Assembly: GCF_000150275.1 (NCBI RefSeq)
Contig: NW_002060952.1
Coordinates: forward strand, 642,482 to 706,481
DNA: 64,000 bases
Direction: 5' to 3'
Source of the DNA: Trichoplax adhaerens
Lineage: Eukaryota; Animalia; Placozoa
This document shows positions 43,201-54,331 of the stretch, piece after piece. The position numbers were made by a program, and so were the translations under genes. Numbering within the stretch: position 1 is the first letter of the stretch; each line of letters opens with the position of its first letter. Under the pieces are notes generated by a model. The model did no database searches and had not been told where the DNA came from. It saw nothing but the letters and a program-made list of their open reading frames with translations.

Positions 43201-46200
43201 AATGTTGTTCTGTAATTAATTACATATTAAGTTATTATATTCCCTATTTAGCCTAGATAATCATCATACATTATGACGTAGAATTGCTTTATAATTACGT
43301 AAACGTACTGAATCACTCAGGTATTTATGTCTGCCTCCAAATAATGCCAAAGCAAGACCAGCCTTAACCATCTAAAGTAGAGATTTGAATTAATCGTAAT
43401 CCAATGCGATACCGTATATGTCGATAAGTAAGTTTTCAATCTAGCAGGTTCATGCATGAACTGAGCGTTGTAACAAGAATCGTAAAATCGCCAAAACCTA
43501 CTTCATGGCCGTATATTGAAGGACAAATGGATCTATTCGTATTTAAATTTTAGTCAGTCGCGCATTTTACCAATTTCTTATTATACGTGCGTATTCTTAC
43601 TGTAAGCTATGTAAAATATTTCGTACATTACCCAACTATTAATCGAAAAGGATTTTCAGCGCCATGAATTTCGCTTATACCAAATAGTTCCTAGAATACA
43701 TAAAGGTTAATAAATTATGTTGACAAAATAATAAGTCATCTTTTTAAGTAGCATGTTCTAATAATAGTCGGCTTCATACTGATCACAACTACTTAATAAA
43801 TTACCTTCATTGAAAATGCAGCGTTATCATTAATCGGGTTAAGCGAGCGAAGTGATTTTTTCTTACTACTAAAGTTTTCTAGGTGATTCACATTGATATA
43901 TAAGAGATACATGCATTTATCTTTGTTCTTGTTGCGACCTTGATGAAGGAAGGCAAAATAAATGTTTGCTTTGCTTTAGTATGGTATATAGTCGATTAAG
44001 AAATAGGATAGCAAGATAAATTAAATTTAGGGTAAATTTCGAAACCTTCATCGCTGCTTATGATTTTAACTATTCCAACAACATTTACTAGGTCTCCTGG
44101 AACGCAGCTACTAACTAGTAATAGAATGAATAATTCGTAAATTGACATAAATATTATGTAAAAATTAGTTTAGCTGCTACTATAATCGCCAACAATGGAC
44201 TAGTAATCTTACAAACCGATATTGCCGATAAGTTCACATTCTACGGTTCTTGGAACACGACCACTTTCTCTGCGGTCATCAGATATTATTTCTTGAACTC
44301 TGAAACGAAACTTCTTTTATTATGCTATAATTTTACTTTTTTACCCGTTTAATTTTACCTGATTGTTTGCCAGTCTACCGTTGCTGTATGCTTGGAGCTA
44401 ACGTCTGGACTAAAGGATCTTCCTTTACATTCAGATGATACACACTGAAATATTAGAAAAAGTGAGAATTTAAAAAAAGATATAGGTTGCAATTGATTGT
44501 AAGGATTATCTAGGCAACTAAATAGACATAAAAGAAGAAAGATGATACCTTATTGGGAACTTTGTAGTTGCCATCCAAGAATCTCATAACCTAATTAATG
44601 ACAAAATTTACATGCAATATATTTTACTTACTGACACTACGTGTTCCAGTAATACGTGTAAATAAAAGGCAAGATATTAATTCTGAACCTGCATGTCACC
44701 GCAAGTATTACATGTAAACGCCATTTGGACTGCGAGGGGCTTAATGTTGCTGACACGAACAACAGTTCCATGGACTGCAACCAGTTTACCTTAAATTGCG
44801 TAGACAGTGTATTACTGAGTAAGGATTTCATGAATATTCTTATATTATCTTTATAGCATATTATACAGTGCAGTATCATAAAATTGCAAACGGGGAATAA
44901 CTATGAAGATAACAGGAACTGCGCACTAAACTTCAAGAGAATGCTCGGGAGACAATTACCATAGTAATTAGCCTTCAAGCTCTTTAGCGGGATAACCGGT
45001 TCGTAGTTAGAGATTCTAAACATGTAAGGATATTAGCCATTTTTCAGTATAATACAACAGATATAAATTCTTGTGATAGGTTTGAAGCAATAGCATGTTG
45101 CTGATAAAATTCCACGCTATCGCACTAAACCAGTACCTAACAGATATTTTTGGTAACGACTCCTTTCGAAATGGATAAAGATCTTCTTCTTCAACGTCAT
45201 GATCGTTCACGGTACCATATCGAGCCATACTAGTCAAGACCTACGGGTATATTGCCAATTTCATATAGGCGTCACGTTAAGACAAAGTCAAATGGTAAAC
45301 AGCACAAGGCTTAATTCATTTAAAACAATATAGAAAATAAAGTATAATGTAGTCAAGAGAACTAGACAAATCTGAGGGTGGATTTACGTACTTCGTAAGC
45401 AGCTAATCCCATACAATTTATAATTTTATGGGGCTGTTCCGTAATTTCATCTGCTATGGATGGGCACTCACTCAGCAACTCTAATAAATCGGTAGTATGG
45501 AAATCGCTTAAGGTGATTTTGCTATTTCAAATACATGAAATATACGTAACATGGGCACAAACGTGCAATCTCTACAGTATATTAACAGAATATAAAGTAC
45601 GAGATACCTTCATTTTCTTTTAAGTAGCCGAAGTCGATTACTAGGCTCTTAGTACTAAATATCAGATCGAGTTGTTGTGTCTAACAGAGTACAATGTAAA
45701 AGAAATAGATGTTACCATGTTTGATTGAGGTATAGAAAATCGTATTTACTGTTAACATTATATTGGTTAAAGGTTATACTACCTACTAACCTTATCTTCA
45801 TCATATAAATAATTGGTAAAAAATTTCATAAAGGCTTTAACTTTATACGCAGCGTCAGAACTGGGTGAGTAAACTGGAAGATATAAGATATAATGAATTT
45901 ACTTGTCGAAACTGGTATACTCAAGTACCTGTTAGTCTTAATTTAGGCTTCTAGCGTACACAGTATGTAAGATTTATGAAAATTCTAATTATCGACATTT
46001 GTAGCCATAATTTCTTAGCTTACAGTATTTACTACGAAATTAATTTTAAAGAGTAGCTATAATACGTATTGTTGAGTGAGAGTCCAAAATTGAGTTGAGT
46101 GCAGGTAGAATATAGTACTTACGTTCCTCATCGAAATATAGCTTCCATCCCTCGTAAGGGCTAGGCGTTAGTGTGGTCTGGGTTAGACGTGGTGTATGAC

Positions 46201-47018
46201 CAGGATTTTTTTTCTTTTTATCGATAATTTTTTTATGTCCTGCAGCTAAAGATGAAGTTGATAATTTTAACAATAAGATACATTTTATTTTTGCTGCTTT
46301 ATTTAAAGATCAATCTTATAGGAATCTTAATTATATAATAATTGTTGATTCTTTGGTAATGCTTATAAAAAATTTCGTTATAAAAGTATCCTAACTATTC
46401 TGTCTACAGTAGTCTTCAAATCTAATTCTTACAATTCATAGTCTTAGTAGAGATAGAATTAAAAAAAAAGACTTTTATTACAAGGTTTTAGAATAGTAGA
46501 GCCATAATTGAATAGTAACAACAATCTAAAGTCAAGTAGAATGAGCTCGAAGTGAGGTGAAGTCCAAGATCCTATCTGTAGCTCTCCAACAAATTTACTC
46601 TACAGGTAATCTATTTACGGCAATAAAGCAGCCAAACAATCAGAGTTGAGTTGTCAAATAGAGAACACTTCTCTTCCAATAGATTATCTATTTACCGTAC
46701 ACATCTATCAGTTTGAGATACCCTACCCGTCTACAGTATCAATGTCTAAATATGTAATATGTTGGACATTTTCATAATTAGAGTACATCAATTCGTGTAG
46801 TCGTTGAACCTTACTTAGTTATTAACCGACTACTATTGGTGATTAGTAATCAACAATGTCTAATATCCAGGCTGACGGTAACACATCATGAAACGTGAAA
46901 TTAAGATGTTACCTTTGTTGTTTTTGAATTTGTCATAGAAATGTTTCTTTTTCCAATATGCAGTAGTTTTATTATTGGTGTTACTTTTGTCGTTCCGTTT
47001 TCCAGGTTGTTGGCTCAT
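40288..47018 (-). CDS. MCM8: DNA helicase MCM8, 33 coding exons, ~836 aa
   Basis: Exons (minus strand): 46913-47018, 46123-46245, 45791-45873, 45608-45680, 45392-45480, 45137-45240, 44960-45015, 44689-44789, 44549-44590, 44359-44444, 44217-44299, 44046-44114, 43805-43938, 43632-43690, 43502-43532, 43309-43371, 43141-43209, 42976-43053, 42801-42873, 42661-42725, 42507-42550, 42351-42437, 42187-42220, 42070-42099, 41946-41998, 41715-41760, 41550-41606, 41429-41479, 41211-41276, 41031-41123, 40879-40955, 40538-40712, 40288-40398 (sum 2511 nt, in frame). Motifs: PYEGWKLYF, zinc finger CNTC..C..C, Walker [10 protein letters not shown], Walker B IDEFDKM, arginine finger [34 protein letters not shown] possible extra upstream exon ends at 47907. 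Confidence 0.95.
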
Positions 47019-47969
47019 GATGGGCAAAACGAGAGGTAGAGGATCTAGCAGTGAATCAACATTTCCTGTCAGTTTCAGTGAGATACATGTATGGAGAAGG
47101 TTGTTCGTTATCTACTTGTTGAATTTATCTGAATACCATTGAAGATTACTTTTCATTCTCTCAATTAGAGAATACGCCAAAGACTGGAATACGAAGTAAA
47201 GTAATAACCTAATGTAGATTGCATACATACCTTATGATAGAAGCTGTTTACTCAACGAGTCCAAGTTATTCTTAAAGCGTACAATGTACCCTAAAATTTT
47301 TCTATGGGCAATACAATGAATCGGTGAAATTGAACTTTTACATGCTAATAAAAACAAGACAGTATTGCATTGCAGCCCCAATTGCTAGTGACCATTTTAC
47401 CAACAACCTTGTACTCTCTATTTTAATAATAAGTTTCATTTCGGTATTGTAGCACCATTCTATGCAGTCTATTAACAATATTGTCAAGAGCTAGGTGACA
47501 CTAAACGCTAAGACAAGAGAAATTTTCAATTTGTTTACAGATTTAGAATCATCTATTACAATCGATAGTAAGATGAAAGAGATCCATTCTATCATTTATG
47601 GATAGAAATTTTAAAGAACGGATGTTCCTCATTGGCAACGGCAGTATTAATTTACTTCAGTTCAATTGCAAGATTCCAATGACTAAAATGTAGTCGAGAA
47701 CACTGAGTTATCAAGTTTTCGTCAGTGAATTTTGCCAGTGAATTTTCCGACTTGAAAATGTTGTTGAAAGCGACTATCGACGAATACAGTGATGTTGTCC
47801 AATATATATTGTACAGTATGTAATTTCCAATCTTATTCAGCAGTCATAGCAGCAACTATATTGCTAAGTATACTAGGGAAGGATTAGTAATGCTAATGCT
47901 ACTAACCTTTTTTCATGGCTCTTTTTTCACAAAAGTTGCGTCCTCCATTTTTATTCTTAGCTCATCCAG

Positions 47970-49174
47970 TCAGGGTAAAGGTGCCAAACACGTCCGCTCA
48001 AGTTGATGCGTTGGAGGTGTCAGTTGTATGTAGGCTGCACGCGCCGGTGTATGACATATACAGTCTAGTATTTAGCGCCAATTTTTAAAACTGGTCCTGT
48101 ACCGTAGTCTGTCCGGTAGTTAAGGGTCTCTACTGTACGGCATACACTACAGTACAACAGCTTTGGTGACTACTGAGTTGTGAGTACAGTGAGCGAGTGA
48201 GGACGGTCAGCGACCGAAGACGTCACACATATGCAGTTGAAGCTAGTTGAAGCCTTGATGACTACGCTAGTCTATCAACAGACCCAAAACGAATGGCTGG
48301 ACAGTGGACACACTATACTGAGTGTACGTTTTTATTGACCTTAAGGCATACACTACAACAGCTGTGGTGACTACTGAGTTGTGAGTACAGTGAGGACGGT
48401 CAGCGACCGAAGACGTCACACACATGCAGTTGAAGCTAGTTGAAGCCTTGATGACTACGCTAGTCTATCATTACAGACGTTACAGACCCAAAACCAACGA
48501 CTGGACAGTAGACACTCTATACTGAGTGTACAGTAGAGACCTTAAGGCATACACTATAACAGCTGTGGTGACCACTGAGTTGTGAGTACAGTGAGGACGG
48601 TCAGCGACCGAAGACGTCACACACATGCAGTTGAAGCCAGTTGAAGCCTTGATGACTATGCTTGTCTATCAACAGACCCAAAACCAACGACTGGACAGTG
48701 GATACACTATGCTGAGTGTACAGTAGAGACCTTAAGGCATACACTATAACAGCTGTGGTGACTACTGAGTTGTGAGTACAGTGAGGACGGTCAGCGACCG
48801 AAGACGTCACACACATGCAGTTGAAGCTAGTTGAAGCCTTGATGACTACGCTAGTCTATTATTACAGACGTTACAGACCCAAAACCACGACTGGACAGTG
48901 GACACACCATACTGAGTGTACAGTACTAAAGGAAGAGCAATCGCTGCTAGCCAACACACTCTTGCAACCTCCATTTAGTCCCTTCAGTGAAAGGGAAGTT
49001 GCAATCATTTTTCAGTGCTTTCAAACTGTAAAATTGGCTCAATCTCTTCAGTGGAAGCAATTCTTCTATGCTTGGAACTAATCCAACTGCTGTCTTTTCC
49101 TTTACTATTATTATCACGTAGAAAGACCATTTCAGAATAACTTAAAAACGATATTGAATAGCCATTAATGAAGG
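47970..49174. promoter_or_regulatory. Putative bidirectional promoter region, MCM8/seipin
   Basis: Lies between divergent genes; GC above background; E2F-like TTTAGCGCCA at 48071; GACGTCAC (CRE-like) once per repeat unit; many TACAGT/ACTGTA motifs. Confidence 0.6.
48120..48925. mobile_element. Tandem array of four ~190-206 bp units with TTAA-flanked inverted termini; putative non-autonomous Kolobok/T2-like MITE-derived array
   Basis: Units start ggcatacact at 48139, 48345, 48546, 48736. Left end TTAA+GGGTCTCTACTGTAC (48120-48138) is the reverse complement (1 nt indel) of GTACAGTAGAGACC+TTAA at 48528-48545 and 48718-48735. The repeat is certain; the transposon class is inference. Confidence 0.6.
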
Positions 49175-52004
49175 ATGAATGAAGCAGCAACCCAGTTAAC
49201 AGAGCAAAGTCGTTCGCCACTCAACGACTCGTCCAGTTCAATATCACAGACTTTGTTCACTGTAGTGAAACGATCACTGCTAGTGTCGGTTATTGCTAGC
49301 TCTATTTTATGGCTATCGATTCTGATTTACATATCATTTCTATACCTTTATCTACCTGATGCGGTCCTTACTAGGCCTGTTCATTTCCAATTTCGGTCAG
49401 TTTTTTTAAAATGAAGACACGTAAAACTACTGTCACTAGAAAAAGAAATGATCGATATTGCCAATGTGATAATTGGATCAAAGTTCATGTCATCAACTTT
49501 TCTTGAATACTGTAGGCGTGATTGTACAAATATGGATACATCCTGTTCATTCCCCACTGCCAATGTTTCTTTGCGTACCTTTCCAAAGGTAAATGCTTCT
49601 CACTTGAACGCATAAAAGTCATGCTAGCAAATACATTTGTTGACTTGAAATTTTCCCAACCAAGTTCAGTAAATGATACAAGTGTTATAGTGAGTGGCTC
49701 CTCGCCTAGATGTTGTTCTTGAAAACATCGCTGTATTCAGTATTATTATTATTAGAGGTTAATCGATAGAAATGAAGTGTTAGGCTTGGACAACGATATG
49801 CTAATGATGAACATGTTTATTACTGTAGAATAAAGAGACCAAATTCTTTACTAATTGCATGGAAATGGAAACTTTTCGCTTAAACAATCGTAATTACTGA
49901 CCTGCATTCTGTCTCTATTAAAATTTAGCAACTTATGAGTGGCCAGGTATATCGAGTTAGTTTAATCTTGGAAATGCCAGAATCACCTGTCAATAAAGAT
50001 TTAGGTATTTTGTTCTCTAACATGTACTAACTCACTGTATTACTACTGTTAGTATTGGCGATAGCTACACATTAGCTTAGTTATCATACTTGGGTAATCT
50101 TTGTCATTTAATTTTGCTATTGCAATATGAAAATCGTAAATGAATGGCTATCCAAAAGTATCATGTTATGTGGTCATTACAGTCAAGATATAGTTGCTGG
50201 TTGAATGAAATACAATAGCAACTCCATAGTATATTTTCCTATAGACAACACATAAAGATATAGTCAGATTTAAATATGTGATAGCATGTTTGAACTAATT
50301 TACGCGTATGCTCAGTCTTGAGTAATTTTAAAGTGCGTATATCAAAATGTTCACTAAGCATTTGCGTTTGTTTGCGATAGGAGTGTTTATGGTAAAACTT
50401 ACGTTTGCCTCCAAGGAAAACTATAGAGTTACTACCTCTTCGCGTCCGGTAACTACTATTATAATAGTCATATCGAATAAGGAGTATACAGTATGATAAC
50501 ATTCACGATATTACAAAGATCGTTCTATACCAATTTGCATATCATTAAAAGCACTTTAATTCATTAACTTATGTTATTAATTTAGGCTATACTTCGCCAT
50601 AAGTCGTGGCTTTTACATTTTTTCTCGACTACCTTTTTTGCAATGCCTCTACTTACTGGATTCTCCGAAGAAAAGCAAACTATAAAAGTAGATCTATTTG
50701 AAAACTTTTTAGAAGATACGGTAAGCTCGTTATGATTAAAGTACATCAAGCTGTCTCTTAGTGTTGAACTATAAACCTCTATGTATTGATCACGTAAATA
50801 TTGAGGTACAACATTACAAATCTGTATCCACTCATACTGTACAGCACATATAGGCATTTCTCTTGTATGTTGTGGCGTGTATACGAAAGTTAAATGACGT
50901 ATTTTGCACGCTATTTTATCGCTAAGAATTCATCATTGCTATACTTTACAGCTCCGTCCAGCAGCTTATGCTCAGGTCGAATTGCAAGCTTTAAATATCG
51001 AGATATATTCGGCTTCATTGATTATTAATGCCCGCTTTTCCGGCTTAAGGTTTTTGATATGTCTCTATTTTAAAATTAACTTCTACATTAGATATTGTGA
51101 TAAATTGATGTATTTTTTATGCTTAGATGAATATAATTATGATGTAGTAAATACGGTAGAGATAATGTCGATATTAAGGTTGCATGTAAACTGTCTTGCT
51201 AGTAGTATCATATAGCTACGTGGTGTAGTAGACGTGCACTTATTACCATTAAATTTTTAACTATGTAGGTATTTTATGTATAATTGGCCTCTAACCGCTG
51301 GTATACTGGGAGTATTGGGCAACTTTATCATGATTTCCATACTACTTCTCTTACTTTGGGATTCTATTTTCGAGGTGGTACAACGCGATCGTATTTTCGT
51401 TCCAATCTCCGAAAATAATCTTTCGAACGTAGAACGAATGCTAACTGATTTGGATCGATCGTATTTACCAGTATTTTGTGATAGTAACTCAGACTTACAT
51501 ACGAATATCGCAAATGCTATAGTTAATATTAGCAATACTGGCTTAATTCCTGCAGTTAGATTTGTGAGTTTATCTGCAAACGAGGTTCGTAGTGTACTTA
51601 GATCAGGTGATCATCAAAGATCAAGTCGTCGCTTTGAAGAGAATGATATTGAAAGCATCAGCTCTACGAATAATATAGATGATAATTCTTTAGTAACCGA
51701 TGCTGATAATGAGGAAAAATCTGATCCCACTCGTATACAAAGTATGCCTACTGTTGGCAGTAGTACTCAGCAAGATGAAAGTACTCCAACGGAAAGGAAT
51801 GATGATGATGATGATAATAACCTACAAGACACTGAAAGACAGATAAGGGATCTAGATGGTGATGATAATATCATTGAGAGTCAAGTGTCAGAATCGGTGC
51901 TAGAGGATAACGATAATTTGGTATTACGTCGTAGGCAACGAGCAAGTGTAACTGATGTATCATCTAACGTAGAGCTTGATTCTGAAGAATCGTCCAGAAA
52001 ATAA
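49175..52004 (+). CDS. BSCL2: Seipin (lipid droplet biogenesis ER membrane protein), 7 exons, 468 aa
   Basis: Exons 49175-49395, 49516-49588, 49929-50004, 50381-50448, 50586-50720, 50952-51049, 51269-52004 (1407 nt). Motifs: TM1, RPVHFQFR, CSFPTANVSL, LEMPESPVNKDLGVFMV, EEKQTIKVDLF, IEIYSASLIINARFSGLRYFMYNWP, TM2, acidic tail. Confidence 0.93.
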
Positions 52005-52994
52005 TATCGGGTGCTAAGATTGCGATGATTCGTTAGCTGACTTACATTTCAATTATACGTATATTGGTATATGATCAGCTAATGCAATATTTCTTATATC
52101 TATGTATGGTTCTACGGGCTTTATGCTGAAAAGTGGATCAAAGCTTTTGAATTGCTTAAGTTGTTCGATTTCATACTTTCGATGGGATAACCGTATCATA
52201 TGCTAACGTAAGCTTTATTTATATTCTGATCAGTACAGATTTTCTGCAAATGATATCTACACTTATAATATATGGGAAGAATAAGAAAATTTTGTGTATC
52301 ATATTAGTCGCTGCTCTAGGATCTGAATGCTTTATTTTATATAAACCTAATTTGAAATTTTTTTATCTGTCTTGCTGAGATACGTTTAATTGTTACGTTC
52401 GAATCATAATTTGAGCTTCTTGAGTTTTTGCTGCAATAATATACTGTATTACTTATAAAAATAATTGAATTGGATATACGGTATTTATTGCTTCCTGATA
52501 GTTTATATTCAATTAGAGTGCAATTATAAAAGATTCCTATCGACTTGAGTTGCTCCGTTTTACGGTATTTTATCTTCATGGCCATATTTCGCCAGATTAT
52601 GGCTTGATAAATAAGAAATTTACTCATGTAATTTTATCAAAATAAAATTTATTTGATTATAGTAATAATTGTTGTGGATTTGTAATATGTCGATTTGGGC
52701 TTAGACATTATTTACAGTATTGAACTATTATTGTTTATACATACGTAAGTAGTCAGATGTCAAGTTTTTCAAAGTTGACAAAAAGATTGGAATGTTAATA
52801 GAATTCATTAATGATGGACTATGAAGGTATACTAGGCATTAATCCATGAATTAAGGCAAATACTCACTTTACATACTGTATAGTATAGTACATTATTCTA
52901 ACTTTGAATATTTCAATTATATTCAATACAACATCTGTATATGTCAAAGTAAGATGGCATAAGTTTTTGGGATACTAATGACGGTCAGAACGTA

Positions 52995-54331
52995 TCATGC
53001 AAATTTGTGGTCTTTATCGTAAGAGTGCGACCTATTTACAAGTAACTTTTCCAGCAAAGATATAACCAGGCCTGCACCGTATCCCATCATCGTTCCGATA
53101 CTGCAAGGGATTGGCCATACCTTGATTGGATATCATTTTGTTTTAAAAAAACACGAAAATAATATGCATTAGATATGCATCCTTATAGCAGTCCTAGCAA
53201 ATGATACATGTAGTTTATAAAATTTGATTTGTACTACTATGCAGCACTTTCATATTGTAGTTAGCTATAGCAGTGGAATGAGAGTTATTGTTAACTTAAT
53301 CACCTGCCATGGCCTATCCCAATCTAAAGGAATTGTAAATGCTCCTAACCATGCACCAAGGATACCACCATAGCTTGTGAACATAACCATTGCTTCAATT
53401 GTTGATAATGGCCTAAGGTAAAAAATTGAAAAGGTGGATTAAAACATCAATTAAGTAGAACAAAATGGTATGGAGATAAAATTATGAACCTATGCAGAAT
53501 CAGTACTCGTATCCACAGATCTGAGGATGTACCAAGAACGGAGGCAGTATTTAAAACGCATAACGAGGACAATAAAGAGGCTAAACAGAAAGTTTGATAG
53601 ATTTCCCTGTGGAAATATGCCAGCAAAATAAGGTGATTATAGTAGAATAACGACATTGCTGTGCAAACACCAGTCTATAGTAGATATGATTAGTTACGAA
53701 TAGAAATTGTAGAATACTACAGTACAGTAAAGCGATTAACATTAGAAGAGCACAATGCATCTAATGTCAAAATTTGTGCTGGAGGTAGCACTAGTACAGT
53801 AGGTACTACGGCAGTGCTCAAGTATAGTACTGATGCAACAAGGTATTGCATAGGGCTGAATGGTCTATATTTTAAGCTACAGAGATAGATTAGGTAATAT
53901 TGGATTTGTAAAATTGTGATTACTAACTCGGTTAATTGAGCACCAAATAGCACAATCACAGCATACATGAGTGGAATAGCAAAAGCAGTGATCACGAGAC
54001 CTCCCACCACAGATTTGATCTACAATTATGAAGCAGCGAAATATATTAAAAGTGGATAAGCACATCATTTTATCCAATTGGAAGAACATTTGCCCAATAT
54101 CATTGCTCTTTCAGAATGGTCAATATACTGGTAAGAACTTACGCTTCGCATCATTGCACCATTGACAATTGAAGTTATGATGGAAAAAGTAAGTATAAAT
54201 ATCATCAATGAATATTCATGCTTTGTGATGAGATTGGTCTGCATCATGGAATGATGACATAACCATAAGCATATTACGAATACCATACAGTGAGTTATTG
54301 GGAAGATGTGTGAATTTGTGAGAGTAAGCAT
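52995..54331 (-). CDS. PIGF: GPI anchor biosynthesis protein PIG-F (Gpi11), 5 exons, ~210 aa
   Basis: Exons 54143-54331, 53928-54019, 53490-53606, 53304-53412, 52995-53120 (633 nt). Motifs VLFGAQLTE and [24 protein letters not shown]. Confidence 0.9.

Noticed and set aside
44535-45607. MCM8 donors starting GTATC as possible U12-type introns
   Set aside because: They do not match the RTATCCTT consensus.
48257-48325. TGATGA...CTGA in each array unit, resembling box C/D snoRNAs
   Set aside because: No terminal stem, not intronic, no recognisable rRNA guide, and indels between copies. An Rfam/snoscan search would settle it.
48139-48925. CRISPR-like appearance of the repeat array
   Set aside because: Whole units are repeated with no unique spacers; eukaryotic context with no cas genes.
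53717-53927. Hydrophobic in-frame read-through in PIGF intron 2 as a possible alternative exon
   Set aside because: No phase-compatible donor found; the exon at 53490-53606 already supplies the homologous segment.
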